Source: Eukaryota sp. GEM-RC1 (Eukaryota). Taken from it: a stretch of DNA of 64,000 nt. The DNA lies in contig JAUFOQ010000016.1 of the NCBI GenBank assembly GCA_040285855.1, positions 2,232,001 through 2,296,000 on the forward strand, written 5' to 3'. Positions 35,990-49,450 of the stretch are shown here, piece by piece. Made by a program: the position numbers and the translations under genes. Positions within the stretch are counted from its first letter, which is position 1. Every line of letters begins with the position of its first letter. Below the pieces are notes generated by a model. The model had not been told where the DNA came from. It was given only the letters and a program-made list of their open reading frames with translations, and did not search any database.

Positions 35990-36769
35990 TTATTTACTTA
36001 AACTTCCAACATAAAGATCATCTTCATTGATTGCATCAGCCTCTTCAAATAACATATTCACAGCAAACCACTGGTCAACATCCCAAACAGTATACGCTCC
36101 TGGTGGACCCAAAGGCTTCATCCACAATTGTTTCACCTTGTGGTACTTCCATCCTCGAGAGACAAGAACTTCACTTGATATCAGTTGCTGTGAATCTCTG
36201 GATTTGGAATAAAAGATATAAAACAACGTTTCTACAGGAAAACGCTCAAAATGATCACGTGTTAGTATTGGTGGACGTGAATAATAGCACACAGGAATGT
36301 CGTACTTTATATCACTTGCCAGGTCAGACTTATGTGTCACATCAAAGGGGGAATCGAATTTAGAGTATAGTACATCAGAAGAGTTAAGATTAAGACCTAA
36401 TTGCATGAGATCTGTGCCCAAAGCTAAAGTGCTGAGATCCTGGTTGTCAGCCTTCATCAGTGATACCAGTCCTAGTAGTCCAAATCTCTCAGCAGGAGTA
36501 GGCTTGGCTGAATAGGGTGTTGAAGGTTTGCTAGAAGTAGGTTGAGGATGCGGACTTGAAGGTTGAAAAGAAGAAGGAGTTTGAGGGTATACTTGTCGAC
36601 TATTGGTTGGCCAAGGATTTGACACTGGACGTTGGGGGACTGGAGAAACCTTTTTGGGTCCCGGTGAATTGATGTGGAGATTAAAGCCAGGTGGTGCTGA
36701 AACAGGTGGTGGTACATGAAAGTCAGCTGAATTGCTTTGTGGTATGAACAACTTCCTTCGTGAAGACAT
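35990..36769 (-). CDS. NOT2: CCR4-NOT complex subunit NOT2
   Basis: RFGLLGL...LALGTDLMQLGLNLNS...FDSPF...IPVCY...ETLFYIFYS...RGWKYHK (NOT box). Confidence 0.93.
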   Translation of the reverse strand: MSSRRKLFIPQSNSADFHVPPPVSAPPGFNLHINSPGPKKVSPVPQRPVSNPWPTNSRQVYPQTPSSFQPSSPHPQPTSSKPSTPYSAKPTPAERFGLLGLVSLMKADNQDLSTLALGTDLMQLGLNLNSSDVLYSKFDSPFDVTHKSDLASDIKYDIPVCYYSRPPILTRDHFERFPVETLFYIFYSKSRDSQQLISSEVLVSRGWKYHKVKQLWMKPLGPPGAYTVWDVDQWFAVNMLFEEADAINEDDLYVGSLSK

Positions 36770-36811
36770 GAATAAACAAGTTTAGGGTTAAGAACAAAAA
36801 GGCTCTTCAAA

Positions 36812-39391
36812 ATGACACCACTTGTTGTGCTACTTATCTGTGTTCTTCTAACGATATCATCAGCCACTATTCTTGGAATCGATGTCGGAGACACTTCTTT
36901 GGTTGTTCACATGTTGAAGAAAGGTTCTCGACCCGAGGCAGTCCTCACTCCTCAAGCCCGTCGCCGATTCCCTGCATTTGTGGCCTTTGAAAAGGGAGAA
37001 CGTCTTCTTGGTGACGATGTTCTACAAGTCACTACTAGATGTCCTTCATGCATCTCTCCTTCTCTTCTATCTCTCCTCAATGCTCGTAAATACGGAGAAG
37101 ACTACGGCTCTTCATGGGACTCTCCTGAAGGCAAGATCTATCCTGAAACTCTTTTCGCCATGCTCCTTGAGTACATTGCTTTCCACGCCAGAGAGCAATC
37201 ATCAGAACCTGTCCATGACGTCGTTATCACACTCCCTTTTGCTATTGACAACCTTCTGTCCACTCTAGTTCACAGAGCTGCTTCTCTTGCTAATCTCAAC
37301 GTCCTCGGGCTTCTTAGTTCCACTGCTACTTCTGCTCTTGAACTACGTCTACGTCAGTCCTTTGAGGATGAAATCGTGGTGTTCCTGGATATTGGTTCTC
37401 ATCGAACTATTTCATCAGCGGTGTACTTTGAAAAGGGACGAAAGCTGAAGGGTAACAAACCAAATTCATTAGGGGGGATTTCAGTTCTGAATAGTTTTAC
37501 TGAATTAGTTGGTGGAGAATCAATTACTTCATGTATTATGCAACAGTTTTTGGAAAGATTGGTGTGTATGATGTCAAGACGCTGAGGAAGCGTGGAAATC
37601 CTGATGATTTTGATCGTATTTGGAATAAGTTGATCCCCCGAGCTCAAAAAAGTCAAGGAAAGTCTTGGAATCTTAGATCAGGTCACGTTCTCAGTCGATG
37701 GTGATTTACTTTTGGTTTTACTACCAAAAGAGCTTCATTCCCACGTGTTCAAGCATCTAAAGGGCTCAGGTGACGTTTCTGTCCAGTTAACTGCTGATGA
37801 TATTGTTTCGGCTTGTCCTGAACTCTATGTATCGATTGAAAGAAATATTGGAAATGTTTTGAAGAATTTAAATATTTCTGAAGTTGCTGGGTTGGTTCCA
37901 ATTGGTGGAGGTGTTCGTAGTCCTAAATTATTAGAAAAAATTGAAAAATCCTTTGGAATTCCAGTTTTAAAAGTGTCCAATGCTGATGAAGCGGCTTCTA
38001 TTGGAGCTGTTTACTTCGCCGCATCTGTCCATCCATCTTTTGCCATGATTAAGTTCAATCTAGCTGATTATTGGCCCTATGACGTCACCACCTTCCCTTC
38101 TGGTTACAATCAATCATCAATCGTGATTGATTCTGGTCCTTCCCCTATTAGAGCTAAGCCTTTTGTTTTATTGAAAAGTAATTCTAGTTTATCTGTAGTT
38201 GCTTATGGTAAGGGAGAAGTTCTCTTGATTGCCAATGTTTCTGATCCCGCCCTGGCTTTTGCCAAAGAAGTTAAGCAATTGATGAGTCACAACAGCACTG
38301 TTAACGTGACACTTAGTCCAGAATTACCAAAAATTAAAATTTCATTCAAGGTATCACCCTCGAATATTCTCGAAGTTTCTTCTGTTCACTCGTCATGTCA
38401 CGTCAACATTACAACTGTCAAAGAGATTGCAGTTTTGAGAAATGTATCCGATACAGTTAATGGAACAGCTGGAAATATCACCACTGAGTATGAACTTCAA
38501 TACTCTACTTCCCGAAAGTTACTTAAAACACCCTTGCCATTTCATTACTGGAACTCTATTTCCATAGTTAAAGGTCTGACCACCCCAGAAAACTTCATTC
38601 TACAAGCTCAGAGATCTGTAGATTCAACTGCCGAGATATTGAGTTCTGAAGGATTGGTTATACAGGAGCCTCCAAATTTAAAGGAGTTTCTTCAACCGAA
38701 TATTATCTTTGGTGCTGAATTTGATGAACAATTAAATATTTTGAAAAAATTGCAGAAATCAGATGAGATGTTACGTGAAATGCATCAAATCCGTAATGAA
38801 TTCGAGTCTTATTTATACGATGTCCGTGCAAAATTACAAGACGAAGATTCTCTATTTTTCAAGTCTTTAAAACCACATTCTTTTGACGAGTTGTCTGCAT
38901 TTGTTCTAGCTGAATTAGATTGGTTCGAATTTGACTCACCACTTCCTTCAGAGATGGCTCCAGAGGAAATATTACAAGTATTTAAAAAGAGAATGAAGTC
39001 CATCAGAAAGACGTTTGATCACATTCAACAGTTGAGTTTGGAACACGCAAAGAGGCCAGAAGCTGTTGAGAAACTTCAATCATTATTAACGTTGACTGAA
39101 ACTTCCTTTTCAAGCTTGAACGATTCTCAGATTAGAAAGCATGATCGCAAAGAAGTTTTGAACAAGGTTAAGGAAATTTCTAAATGGTTAACCAAGAACC
39201 TTGAAAAACAAGAAAAGAAGCAGCCATATGAATCTACTGTAATCACTGTTGAAGATATAACGAAGAAAACCACAGAGTTGACTAAGTTGACTAGAAAAAT
39301 TCTATCAAAGGCACCTCCAAAGAAAGAGAAAACTCCTAAAAACGAAACTACCAGCAATTCTACAACTGATTCAATGCCCGATGAATTATAA
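36812..39391 (+). CDS. HYOU1: ER large Hsp70 / nucleotide exchange factor (Grp170/HYOU1/Lhs1); two compensating homopolymer indels at ~37555 and ~37650
   Basis: Signal peptide, ILGIDVG, FLDIGS, IGGGVRSPK, NADEAASIGA, RNEFESYLY and C-terminal PDEL ER-retention motif. Confidence 0.88.
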
Positions 39392-39459
39392 TCACAAATT
39401 ATAATTGAAATATATGAATTTATTATATAATAAATAAAGTTTCATGTCACACTAAGCAG

Positions 39460-42400
39460 CTACTCTAACTTATTCTCACAAACATTTTGAATGTTTGCTG
39501 CAATATCTCCTAATGATATTATATTCAAAACATCCTCTGCCATAGCTAAGCTATCAGCCAAGTGACTGAAAAGATTCAATGCACGTCTTCTGGTATCATT
39601 TGCAGTACACTGTAAGCCCAACACGCTTACACAAAAACCAGCAGCTCTTGACATTCGTTCAATAAACACCTTTCCCTGAGGTGTTGTAGAACAAGATAAG
39701 TGAGGGATTGGAAAAGGAGGAAGTGATAATGATGGGGATCTTGTGGGAGACCTAGATGGTGAGAATCTCAAAGAATCAACAGTAGAACGTCGTCTTGATG
39801 ACGTGTTGCGACCAGAGCTTTCACGAGCTAGGTGGAGGACTAAATTTCCAACACCAAGACAAACGCCATAATTGAAAATCTTATTCTGTTGAGAGTGTAG
39901 AGAGTTGGTAGACAGAGTTTGGTGTGGTGACGTGTCGAGTGTTGGGCCAATCAAATTTGATAGATCGAGCATAGTTCCATTATAATGCTCTTCTGATGCA
40001 AAAGAGGCAAGAACACAAAAACCAACTTCTAAAATACTAGCTATCAGACAATCAATTTTGATTAAGCAGTCATCGTCATCAGGTGGATTTGCGATTACTT
40101 TACGTTTCCTCTCACTTTTAGAAAGGTATAGCAAAGCCATTGCTTTCGAAAGACCAGTCATTATTGAACAAATTAAGGATAATTTAATTTCTCCAATATT
40201 TTCAATGAAAGATACAAGACGGTCAATTGAAGTTAATAGAGATGCTACAAGAGTCATAGTAACGTAACCCAGCTCAAGTGAAATCAAATCAATAGTAGAG
40301 CTCAACAAACCACAATCAGCGAGAACAGTTTCGGAAAGAGTCAGATATGTATCCAAGACGATGGCTGGATTGTGAGCTGAAAGCAATAGAACAACTCTTC
40401 GGTGAAGAATCTTGTCAGCACTTGACTTAGGATTATAACTGGAGATTAAAGATGCAAAATGAGGACAATTTGAATAGACATTGGAGTAGAACTTTGATTG
40501 ACAGTAGAAGCTCAAAAACTTGAATAAACTTACAGATTGTGAATAATCGTTCTGTAACACGTGTGTGGAATAATTAATAAAGTTATTCGAAAGTAGAGGT
40601 GGAACTTCGGGAATTGAATTGCTGAGTAGGGAAACAGAAATCACAACTTGAATAATTGTAGAATCGAAAATTTGGATAGAATGTTGTTGGAAATTTTCAA
40701 AAAGTAGGTCATGAATGAAACTGCACTTTTAGACAATTTATGATTTTCAGCTTGGAATTTGCCATCATTTCTGATTCCAGATGCAAAATAGGAGAAGAAA
40801 GCGAGACATAAGGAGTAGAAGGAATCAGTGGATTCTCCCAATATTTGAATAATGTTGAAAATATGTTGCTTGAGGAAGTATAAAAAATTAAGGCAAACCT
40901 CTATCCCAACAGTTTCTAAAGGAAATTGCTTAAGATTCTCTAGAAGAGCGAAGCCAAGGGCAATTAAATTGATAACCACAGTTTTTGAAATTTGTTGGAA
41001 ATTTAAAACGAAAGTTGTGGAGATGTCAGTAAGTGACGTAAGTGTGAAAGAGAAATTAACGAATTCGGTGATGAAATTTTGAAAAATACCAAACGACTCC
41101 AAGCAATCAGAAACAGCACAAAATTCCTTTCCTTTTAGAGAGAAAACCCAGACAGTGAAAAATTTAACAAAGTTAATTAAAAAATCAGAGAATATATAGA
41201 GATTTCGATGGTAAATGTTTACAATGTTCATTGTTTCCAAAAAGAGAATGGAAATCGCACTCACTATCACCCATCAAATCTGAATGGTCGTGAGTTGATT
41301 GGCGACGTTTCAGGTAAAACTGAACAACATCAGTATAGAGAAGATCAACTTTGGTAGGTAGGAGACGCGTATCAAAATTTGAAAATTTGTAAAAAGGGAT
41401 GGCTCTCATTGGACTATGGAAAACAGAGAAAACAAAAAATGATCCAAAAGATTATAAAAATTTGAAAAAAGTGAAGTATTATGACCAGAAATCATACTCA
41501 TTTCAACTAGTGACTTACTATTAATGGAAGGGAAATAGTCGATATTAGCTGCAATCATAGTATTAAAGTTGTCAAAAACTTCTACAGGAGGGACAAACTT
41601 CGATGAAGATCGTGAAGAAGTGAAAAACCGTGTGAATGCCGTGAATTTCTCTGTGAAGAACTGTAGTTTCAGAGCAAGATCGCTCTTGGTATAGACCAAA
41701 AACTCCGCTAAAAGGTCAAAAACAGCGGAAAACACGTAGCAATAATGAACAACGAATTCGTTATCATCAAATATATCCTCAAAATTGTTCAAAATTTTGA
41801 AAAGATATTCTTCAAGTGACGAACTAGATTGTTTGGCGACTTCTGAAGCAACATTTGTATGATTTGAAACCTTGGATTTTTTCAAAACATTCATAATTCG
41901 AACGAAAACAACACATTTTTCAAAACACTCAATAACATCCGCCAAATTATCAGAAAAATCGTTCAAGAATGTGGTGAATATTTTAATCTGTTGATCGTTA
42001 GTAAGTAGAACCTCTGCAAGCCCCAATTGTTCAACTTTCATTAAATTTTCCATAAATAAAAATGCAAAGATATTATTAGATTTGGAATATCCGATGATTG
42101 ATTTTTTAAAAATTTCAAGGCTATCGTCGGAAAAATAGCCTAACAGAAAAGGCTGTGGATTCAGTAGCGATGAAACACGTGTTAAAACAGTGAAGAATAT
42201 TAAAATATTATCAGAAAGTCGTGAGTGGAAACTAATTGAAGCTATGAGGGACAGCAAATCACAGTCAAAAATGTGGTTAAGATGGGGGGAACTATTAGAA
42301 ATTGAGAAAATTAAAATTTCCAAGGATAAATTGATTACCTTATATGTAATCGACAAATCTTGTGGAATGTTTCTCAAATTATTTAAATTATTGAGATGGG

Positions 42401-44836
42401 TGCCAGTAAAATGCAATAATCTTACTATAAAACGGATTAAAATCTCAGAAGAAACCACACGGTCAGAAAGCTCATTAACTAAAATTGAGTGGGTATTTTT
42501 GACCTTGGAAGATTGATTGGAAATCAAGGACAACAATTGACTGAAGGTGGCCAAGAACAGAGAGGTACATTTTAAATAGTGGGATAATTTTGAACTTTTT
42601 AAATGTGCAAACTCCAGATTCGAATAATACGAGAAAAAATACTCAAATGCTGAGAAACATCGTCTGGCATCGCTCAAAAAAGTGACGTCAGCAACAACAA
42701 TAGAAGAACTCACAATGTTTAACACGGAAGAAAAACACGGTGCAATTGCAGCAATTATGGAATGATCTCGAGTATTTAAAATATTCTCCACAAGAGCATT
42801 CGAATTAACAACTTTACCCAAATATTGTAAAACTAACTCATGGGCATTTGATTCACTACTGGTCTTAAAAGAAGCACTATTAGGAATTAACATCAACAAG
42901 TTTGCCAAAATTGAACAACACTGAGAAGAAGAAAATAACAAATCAAAAGGCGGAATATTCGTACATTGAACGACAAAAGAGAAGAGGAAATCACGAACAA
43001 TGTGGTAACTTTGAAGTACAGCCAATATGTTTAAGGCAATTGAAGCGGAAGAAAAAGAGTCATAAGAAATTTCTTTTAAAACTTTGTTGTTGTTGCTAGA
43101 CCCATTTAGTAATAAAACTGATTGAATAAGAGAGTGAATCACAACGAGACCACGATTATCTGAAATATCAGTGTTATACTCGGGAAAATTTGAAAAATTG
43201 GCCCAGCAGAGCACACAATCCTTGGAATTGAAAAAAATCAATAAGAGGTAATTGACTGTTTGAGGGCAGGATGATACCGAAATAATCCAGATTTTCAGTA
43301 ATTGATACATGGGTTTTGGAGTTGAAACGTAACAGAGGACTATCATTACGGAAGACAAAGGAAACACCAGGTAAATTATTTAAAATTTCCAAGGCTTTAA
43401 AACAACATTCCTGAGACGATAACAATCCTGAAAAACAGTGCAAAAAAGCAAACGGATCAGCAGGAAACTTTCCCAAAGCGCTCAAAAGCAATCGTGATAG
43501 CGGCCAGAAAGGCACGTCATCATAACGAGCTACCTGGGAAATGAAATCTCCCTGAATATAACTCATCAATTGATGAGGTGAATAGACCAAATCATCAGAC
43601 AAATTACCTCTATTGATGTTAGACAACAAACTCAAAGAATAATCCATCAATGGAGTAGAAACAATAGATAATGTACAATTGCTTTGAATTGCTTCCAAAA
43701 GCCAAACATAGGGAATCTAATTGGGTATCAAAAAACTCAGCAGTTGAGATTACGGAAACAAAAGAAAGAATTGAGCAGAAAGTTAGACCAATTGGGTTGA
43801 CATAAACACCGCGTGTTTTTTCTGTTTTTAAAAAATTAGAAAACATTATGAAAAAATCGGTTCGACCGGAAAACTCTAGCAGAGCGCTTCTCAAATCTGT
43901 TTGTACCAGTGAAAACACAAAGAAAATCAGAGAATAAGCGGAAATACCAAAAGCGGCAAGTTCATACAGTTTTGATTTCAGGGAGGGGTCAAAATCAACA
44001 GATTCCCATCTCATTGAGTGGTAGAGCTCATCTTTGAGACAAGAAAAAGCAAGAACACCAGATGAAACACGAGTTTTGTTAATTAGCTCTAGGAAAGTTA
44101 CAAGCTCATCATCAGTAAGTTCCGCATTGTTCTGTACATCATGCCAAACTTCTTCCAATTTCATAATACGATCAATCAAATTTGATGGAGTCAAATTAGA
44201 AGTTAATGACTTGTCCTCTGCAAGTACAGTGTTAATAATTGAAAGAAGAAAGTATCTTTCTGATTCGGTCGCAAGATAAACATCTGCAGTGCAGTTTTCT
44301 TTTGGAATTTTAACTGGTTCAATCAAATTGGAAAGTGATGACATCAACACTGATTGTTTGAAAGTTTCAAGATCGGAATTCTCAATGTTTAAACATAGAA
44401 AATCATGTAGATAATGTGATGGGTCATCAAAAACTTCAAACATTTTAAAAATTGACATCAAGAGATAGCTTCGTTCATTTAAATACACTGACTTTAAGAT
44501 ATCAAAATTAACAGGTGCTGAGTGAAACTTAATATGAATAGAGTACATGTAGACAGTTTGAGACGGGGACAGATTGATAGATTTGGACACAGAATCTAGA
44601 GAGGATCCGAGTTCTTGAGATACTTGGAGGGTTCCAGATGGAATATTTGAGAATTCTGTATTAGCTGGAGATGTGGATGAAGCGTCTCGTTGATGGAAGA
44701 ACGATAAACCTGAAAGAAAAGGAGAATTCGGATCGGTGACTAATGACAGGATGATAGAATTGTCTAGAGGAGCATTGCGTTGACTACATAGAGAATCATA
44801 AACCTCTTTGAATGAAAAAGGCAGAAGCAGTGACAT
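39460..44836 (-). CDS. Large (~1,790 aa) alpha-solenoid protein, Nup188/Nup205-like nucleoporin; several 1-nt indels
   Basis: Abutting ORFs 43619-44836, 43174-43698, 41406-43367, 41185-41409, 40641-41270 and 39460-40644. The N-terminal FLSGLSFF...SKSINLS..QT...YLNERSYLL and KFPADP...LEILNNLP segments resemble Nup188. Family call made from memory, not by search. Confidence 0.5.
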
Positions 44837-44859
44837 TCAAAAAGGATAATCTCAGAAGC

Positions 44860-46295
44860 ATGGATCTGTCGTCTCCATCTAATCCACCGCCATCTCCTCC
44901 GCAGTGGTCTTCTGATGATGAATCTGGCTCTACTTCTCTGTCTTTTCCTCAGTTTGATCAGTCTTTAGTAGATGCAATTAGTCAAGCTCAAAGGGAACTT
45001 TCTGCTCCACTGTCCTTCAACAGTTCTTCCACATCGTCTACTCCAAGTCGTGAGACTACATCTCGTTTATCTTCACGTCAAAGTACTGCTAAACTTCGCT
45101 CCAGTAATCTCCAACTCTCGAATACTTGTTTACCAGATCATTCTTTTGATGGCCCAGAATTCTCACCAGTTCAGCCTTTCCAACAACTCCTTTCTACTAT
45201 CTCTGACAACAATTCATTCTATCAACGAAACATTAAGTGGACCCAGCGCAGATCTAAGTTCATTGATGACCAAAAGCGTATCAACGAAGAAGAATCACTG
45301 TCTGGATGTACCTTTACCCCACGAGTCAATCGCAAAGACAGCTCATCACTACGTCACTCTGATGACGTGATACGACGACTAGAGTCTGCCAGTGAACGGA
45401 GACAGGCCTCTTTAATGGAATCAATGACTAGGATTTCTGGGGAAGAGTACGGATCTTGTACATTTGCACCTAAAATCAATGAGAAGTCACGTCAACTTTC
45501 CCAAAGAACAAGGATCAAGAAACAATCAGTTATTGTTGATTCCGCAGAGCCTCCGAATACTTTCAAACCTAATGTAAATCCACTGTCTACTGATAATTCT
45601 CTTGTTCAATCGTATCTATCACGTGATGCTTTTGAGCGATTGTATAATGTGGGTCAAAAGAAGCTCCACAGACTTTCTCATCTCCAGTTAAAGAAGTTAA
45701 GAAGGTGATTGACCTGGACACGTTTCTGCATCGTCAGCAGTGTTTTGAACGTAAGAAACTTTCGTCTACCAGGAGAGCTGAAGTGTTAGCCAATAGCCAA
45801 CGTCAGGCGAAACCCTCTCTTTGCCCTAAAAGTAGAGAGATTATGTCTAGTAGAAAGGATGTGCCTATATTTGAAAGGAAGAGACAGAAGAAGAACGTGT
45901 TAAAGAATGAAGGGCAGGCTGCGAGGTCTGTTGTGTTAAATATGTCAGAAGAAGAACTTGCGAATCAGATTGCAAGGAAAAATAAGTTGTTTTTGGAGAA
46001 GAAGCAGAAGAATATTCAGAAGATTAAACGGATGGAAGAGCAGAAGGCCTCAAAACAGCTCACGTTTAAACCAGAGATCAAATCAATTGACGGTCAATCC
46101 AAACTACGACTTTCGAATGATGGATTGTCAAATTATATTCCTCGAATGAGCGATTCGATGAAACAGAAGGAAGTTAAGCTTCTGTCAATTAGTAAACAAC
46201 TTGAAGAAAAGGAGATGCGAGATTGTACATTTAAGCCAAAAACGACGCCCTTGCCTAGGAACGTTTTTGAAATATCACGCAGATTACAAAAGTAA
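44860..46295 (+). CDS. Basic coiled-coil protein with five (C)TFxPxxN motifs, probable microtubule/flagellar-associated protein; one indel near 45658
   Basis: GCTFTPRVN, SCTFAPKIN, NTFKPNVN, LTFKPEI and DCTFKPKT. Adding one A joins ORFs 44812-45708 and 45705-46295. Confidence 0.6.
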
Positions 46296-46794
46296 TTTGA
46301 TTGTTTGTTTTGGTAGAGTAACTAGAGTTGTATATTATGTGACGGTTTTTCTTTTGATTCCTGATAAATTATTTATTGTGTTTGTTATTGTTAGAAAAAC
46401 GTCAGTCTAAAGTTTAGACTCTAAACCATCCCGTCGTTGAAATGAAGTGGTTTATTTGATCAAACTGTTTTATACTATTAGCGGATTTGGAACGAAGCAG
46501 TTGGATTTGGGTGAAAACTTAATTAAAAAAGTTTGTTGGGGTGAACGTCATTTGAATGTTTTCTGATTAATGTTATATGGTTGTTATTAAGTCTAAGACG
46601 GTGGATCAGTTTTTGACCATCTTGATTTTGTAGAATTTTCACTATTTCTACAAAATATGTTTAATTCTACAAAACATGTTTTTCACTTCTGTTGGCTTAA
46701 CACTTTTGATTCTGTTGTAAATACAATACTTGACATTGACATGTACATGCTAAATATGTGTTTGTATGATTAACCTTTCTTGGATGTCCTCTCC

Positions 46795-47460
46795 AGAAAT
46801 AATTATAGACATTACTGCATTTGATCCTTGCAACTCATCTTCTGTCGACATAATTTCGGACGATAATTAATGGACTCTTGAAACTGCGAAAATGAAAAAA
46901 TTAGTTCGACATGATAAATTAATTTCAAATTATGAGTTCACTTTCCATTTGTTATGGTTGAATCGTATCGTTTTTACGATTTTTAAAACAATTCCCCTAA
47001 TCATCTGCAAAGCTCTATCCGCTGGGAATTCCCTTCATGAGGCCAAAGATGTTGTAAGATTTGGTAGTGACGGATGTTGTTATAATGACATCAAATATAT
47101 AGTTGTTCAGTCTATTACATTTAGAATAAATTAAGTATCATATTTGGAAATCTTATGAGTTCTCGTCAACGTAATCTGTTGGTTTTCGGTCCGTTTGCTA
47201 TTTCACTTTAACGTTGGTTCAATATTTTTGGACAGACAGTTCTGACCTCTTTTGGAAAAGTGTGCAAACAGTGAAACAATCTTAATGAAAGTAATGGGAG
47301 AGGAACGTTGAAATTTTTCCTTTTTTGAGTATAGTTTTGCAATTTAGAATCGTTAATTTTAGAATTTCTAAACCGTCTCTTTGAATTGAGACATTAATGT
47401 GAGATAAATTGGAAAGCTTTGGTATTTCCTTTGTTAATATTGACGGAATTCTTTTGTAAA
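46795..47460 (+). mobile_element. Two degenerate CRE-like 3' fragments
   Basis: IIDITAFDPCNS...LETAKMKK...LWLNRIVFTIFK, then FGPFAISL. The 3' UTR GGTATTTCCTTTGTTAATATTGA matches the reverse complement of ~57113-57135. Confidence 0.6.
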
Positions 47461-47695
47461 TATATATAATGGGCTAGTATAATTAATTCAATTAAATTTA
47501 CATTAATGAATGTACGTTTCTGGACGACCAGTCATTATTAGATATATAGTATTCACCAAAAAAAGGCAACCGAAAAGAATCCACTCATCCTGCTTGTACT
47601 ACTGATGTTTTTGACAGTGACAGTGACCATCCATGTCAGGATACATTCTTCAGAATTGAAGATAAAAAATCAAGTCATACAACTTCCAGACTCCA

Positions 47696-49167
47696 ATGTT
47701 CCTTCTTTACGAATCCGCGGCCGGATTCGCCCTCTTCAACGACGTGAAGGTGAAGAAATCGCCAATCAAGTTGAGGAAGTACAACGTGCATCACTCGACT
47801 TCATTCGCTTCCAACGAGTTGTCGATCTTGTAGCATTCAAAGCCTTTAGCAGCTCTGAAGAGGCTCTTGCCGCTATCAATGACATCTCCGAAGGGTTGAT
47901 TCCCTCCACACTTTCAAGCTTCCTGACTCAGAACCTCCCAGTAAAGTCTGGTAAGAAACCTAAATACGACCTAGGCGTCTCTGACTCCAGACTCGGTGGT
48001 AGTTTACAAGATGAACTTGGTTATTCCGTCCGAGCTGACTCCGTTGTGACTGAGTACATCCGTGGTGTCCGTCAACACTTCTCCAAGTTTGTCGACTCCG
48101 TTTCCTCTGACCATCTCTCCAAAGCCGAAAGGGGTTTGGGTCATTCCTATTCCCGTGCTAAGGTTAAGTTCAACGTCAACAGAGTTGATAATATGATCAT
48201 CCAAACCATTGCTCTCGTTGATCAACTCGACAAGGACATCAATACTTTCACCATGAGGTTGAGAGAATGGTACGGATGGCACTTCCCTGAACTCGCCAAG
48301 ATTGTCCCTGATAGTTTTACCTATGTTAAGATCGTGTCATGTCTTCCCGATAAGTCCAAGGTTGATGACGTTACTGCCGAACTGAAGGAAATCTTGGAAA
48401 CTGATGAGCTCTTTGAACGTGTTGTTTCCATGTCCAAAATGTCTATTGGTCGTGATGTTTCAGAACTAGATGTCATTCATATTGGAGTCTTTTCATCCAA
48501 GTTAAAGTCTTTAATCAACTTGAAGCTCGATTTATCTGCTTACCTGAATGAAAAAATGTCTGTTGTTGCTCCTAATCTATCAGCTGTTGTTGGAGATATC
48601 ATTGGTGCTCGCCTCATTTCACACGCTGGATCTCTTACCAATTTGTCCAAATTCCCTGCTTCAACAGTCCAAATCTTGGGTGCTGAAAAGGCTTTGTTCA
48701 GAGCTCTTAAAACACGTAAGAACACTCCTAAATACGGACTTTTGTTCCATGCCAGTGCTGTTGGTAAGGCTCAGGCTAAGCATAAGGGAAGAATGTCTCG
48801 CTTTGTTGCTAATAAGTGTTCTATTGCATCTAGAATGGATTGTTTCCAAGATGTGCCTAATAGTCTTATTGGAGGAGCAATGAGGCAGCAAATCGATGAG
48901 CGACTTGCCTTTTATGAAGGCGGTATTCCTCCTATTACTAATGAACAAGCGCTGTCTTCTGCTATTGAACAACTAAGGCAGTTGAAGAAAGAGCATGGTG
49001 TGGATGATGAAGTGGTGGAGGTTAAGGAAGACAAGAAAAAGAAGAGTAAGAAGGAGAAGAAGAAGACTGTTACTCCTGATGATTCAGATAAGAAGGAGAA
49101 AAAGAAGAGGCGAAGCAGTGAAGTTAATACTGATAAGAAAAAGAAGAAGAAAAAAGAAGTCAAGTGA
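47696..49167 (+). CDS. NOP56: Box C/D snoRNP protein Nop56; true start MFLLYESAAGFALF at 47696, one missing A near 47738
   Basis: GLGHSYSRAKVKFNVNRVDNMIIQ, REWYGWHFPEL, PASTVQILGAEKALFRALK...TPKYGL and a KKE-rich tail. Confidence 0.96.
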
Positions 49168-49335
49168 ATAGAGATATAGTTTAGTCTTTTATAATTTAGT
49201 TAGTCATTATATTCATTTAATTGCAGAATTTTGCGTTTTATATTAAGTATAAGATTATCACGTTATGTCTAACTAAAACTCCACAACAATTGGTATAATT
49301 AGTGTCGATTGTAATACTAAAAACATGGGTTTATG

Positions 49336-49450
49336 TAGGGATGGCGGTCGGCCCAAATATTTAGTGAATTTTACTGGGCCAAGCCGGCTGGCCCTAAGTT
49401 CTTGATGGCTGGCCCACGAGCTGATTAAGCCGGCCCAAGCCGGCTCAAAG
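49336..49450. mobile_element. Solitary hAT-like end (TAGGGATGGC) with GGCCC/GCCGGC subterminal repeats
   Basis: GC-rich repeat cluster in AT-rich DNA. No matching opposite end or TSD found. Confidence 0.4.

Noticed and set aside
47605..47695. ORF-track N-terminus of NOP56 (MFLTVTV...)
   Set aside because: The conserved Nop56 start MFLLYESAAGFALF begins at 47696 in another frame.
35447..49167. Genome-wide programmed ribosomal frameshifting, or mass pseudogenisation of essential genes (CGI121, HYOU1, Nup188-like, NOP56)
   Set aside because: The breaks are single-base gains and losses, mostly in short homopolymers (HYOU1 has one of each), with no common slippery or stop motif. Sequencing consensus error is the simpler explanation.
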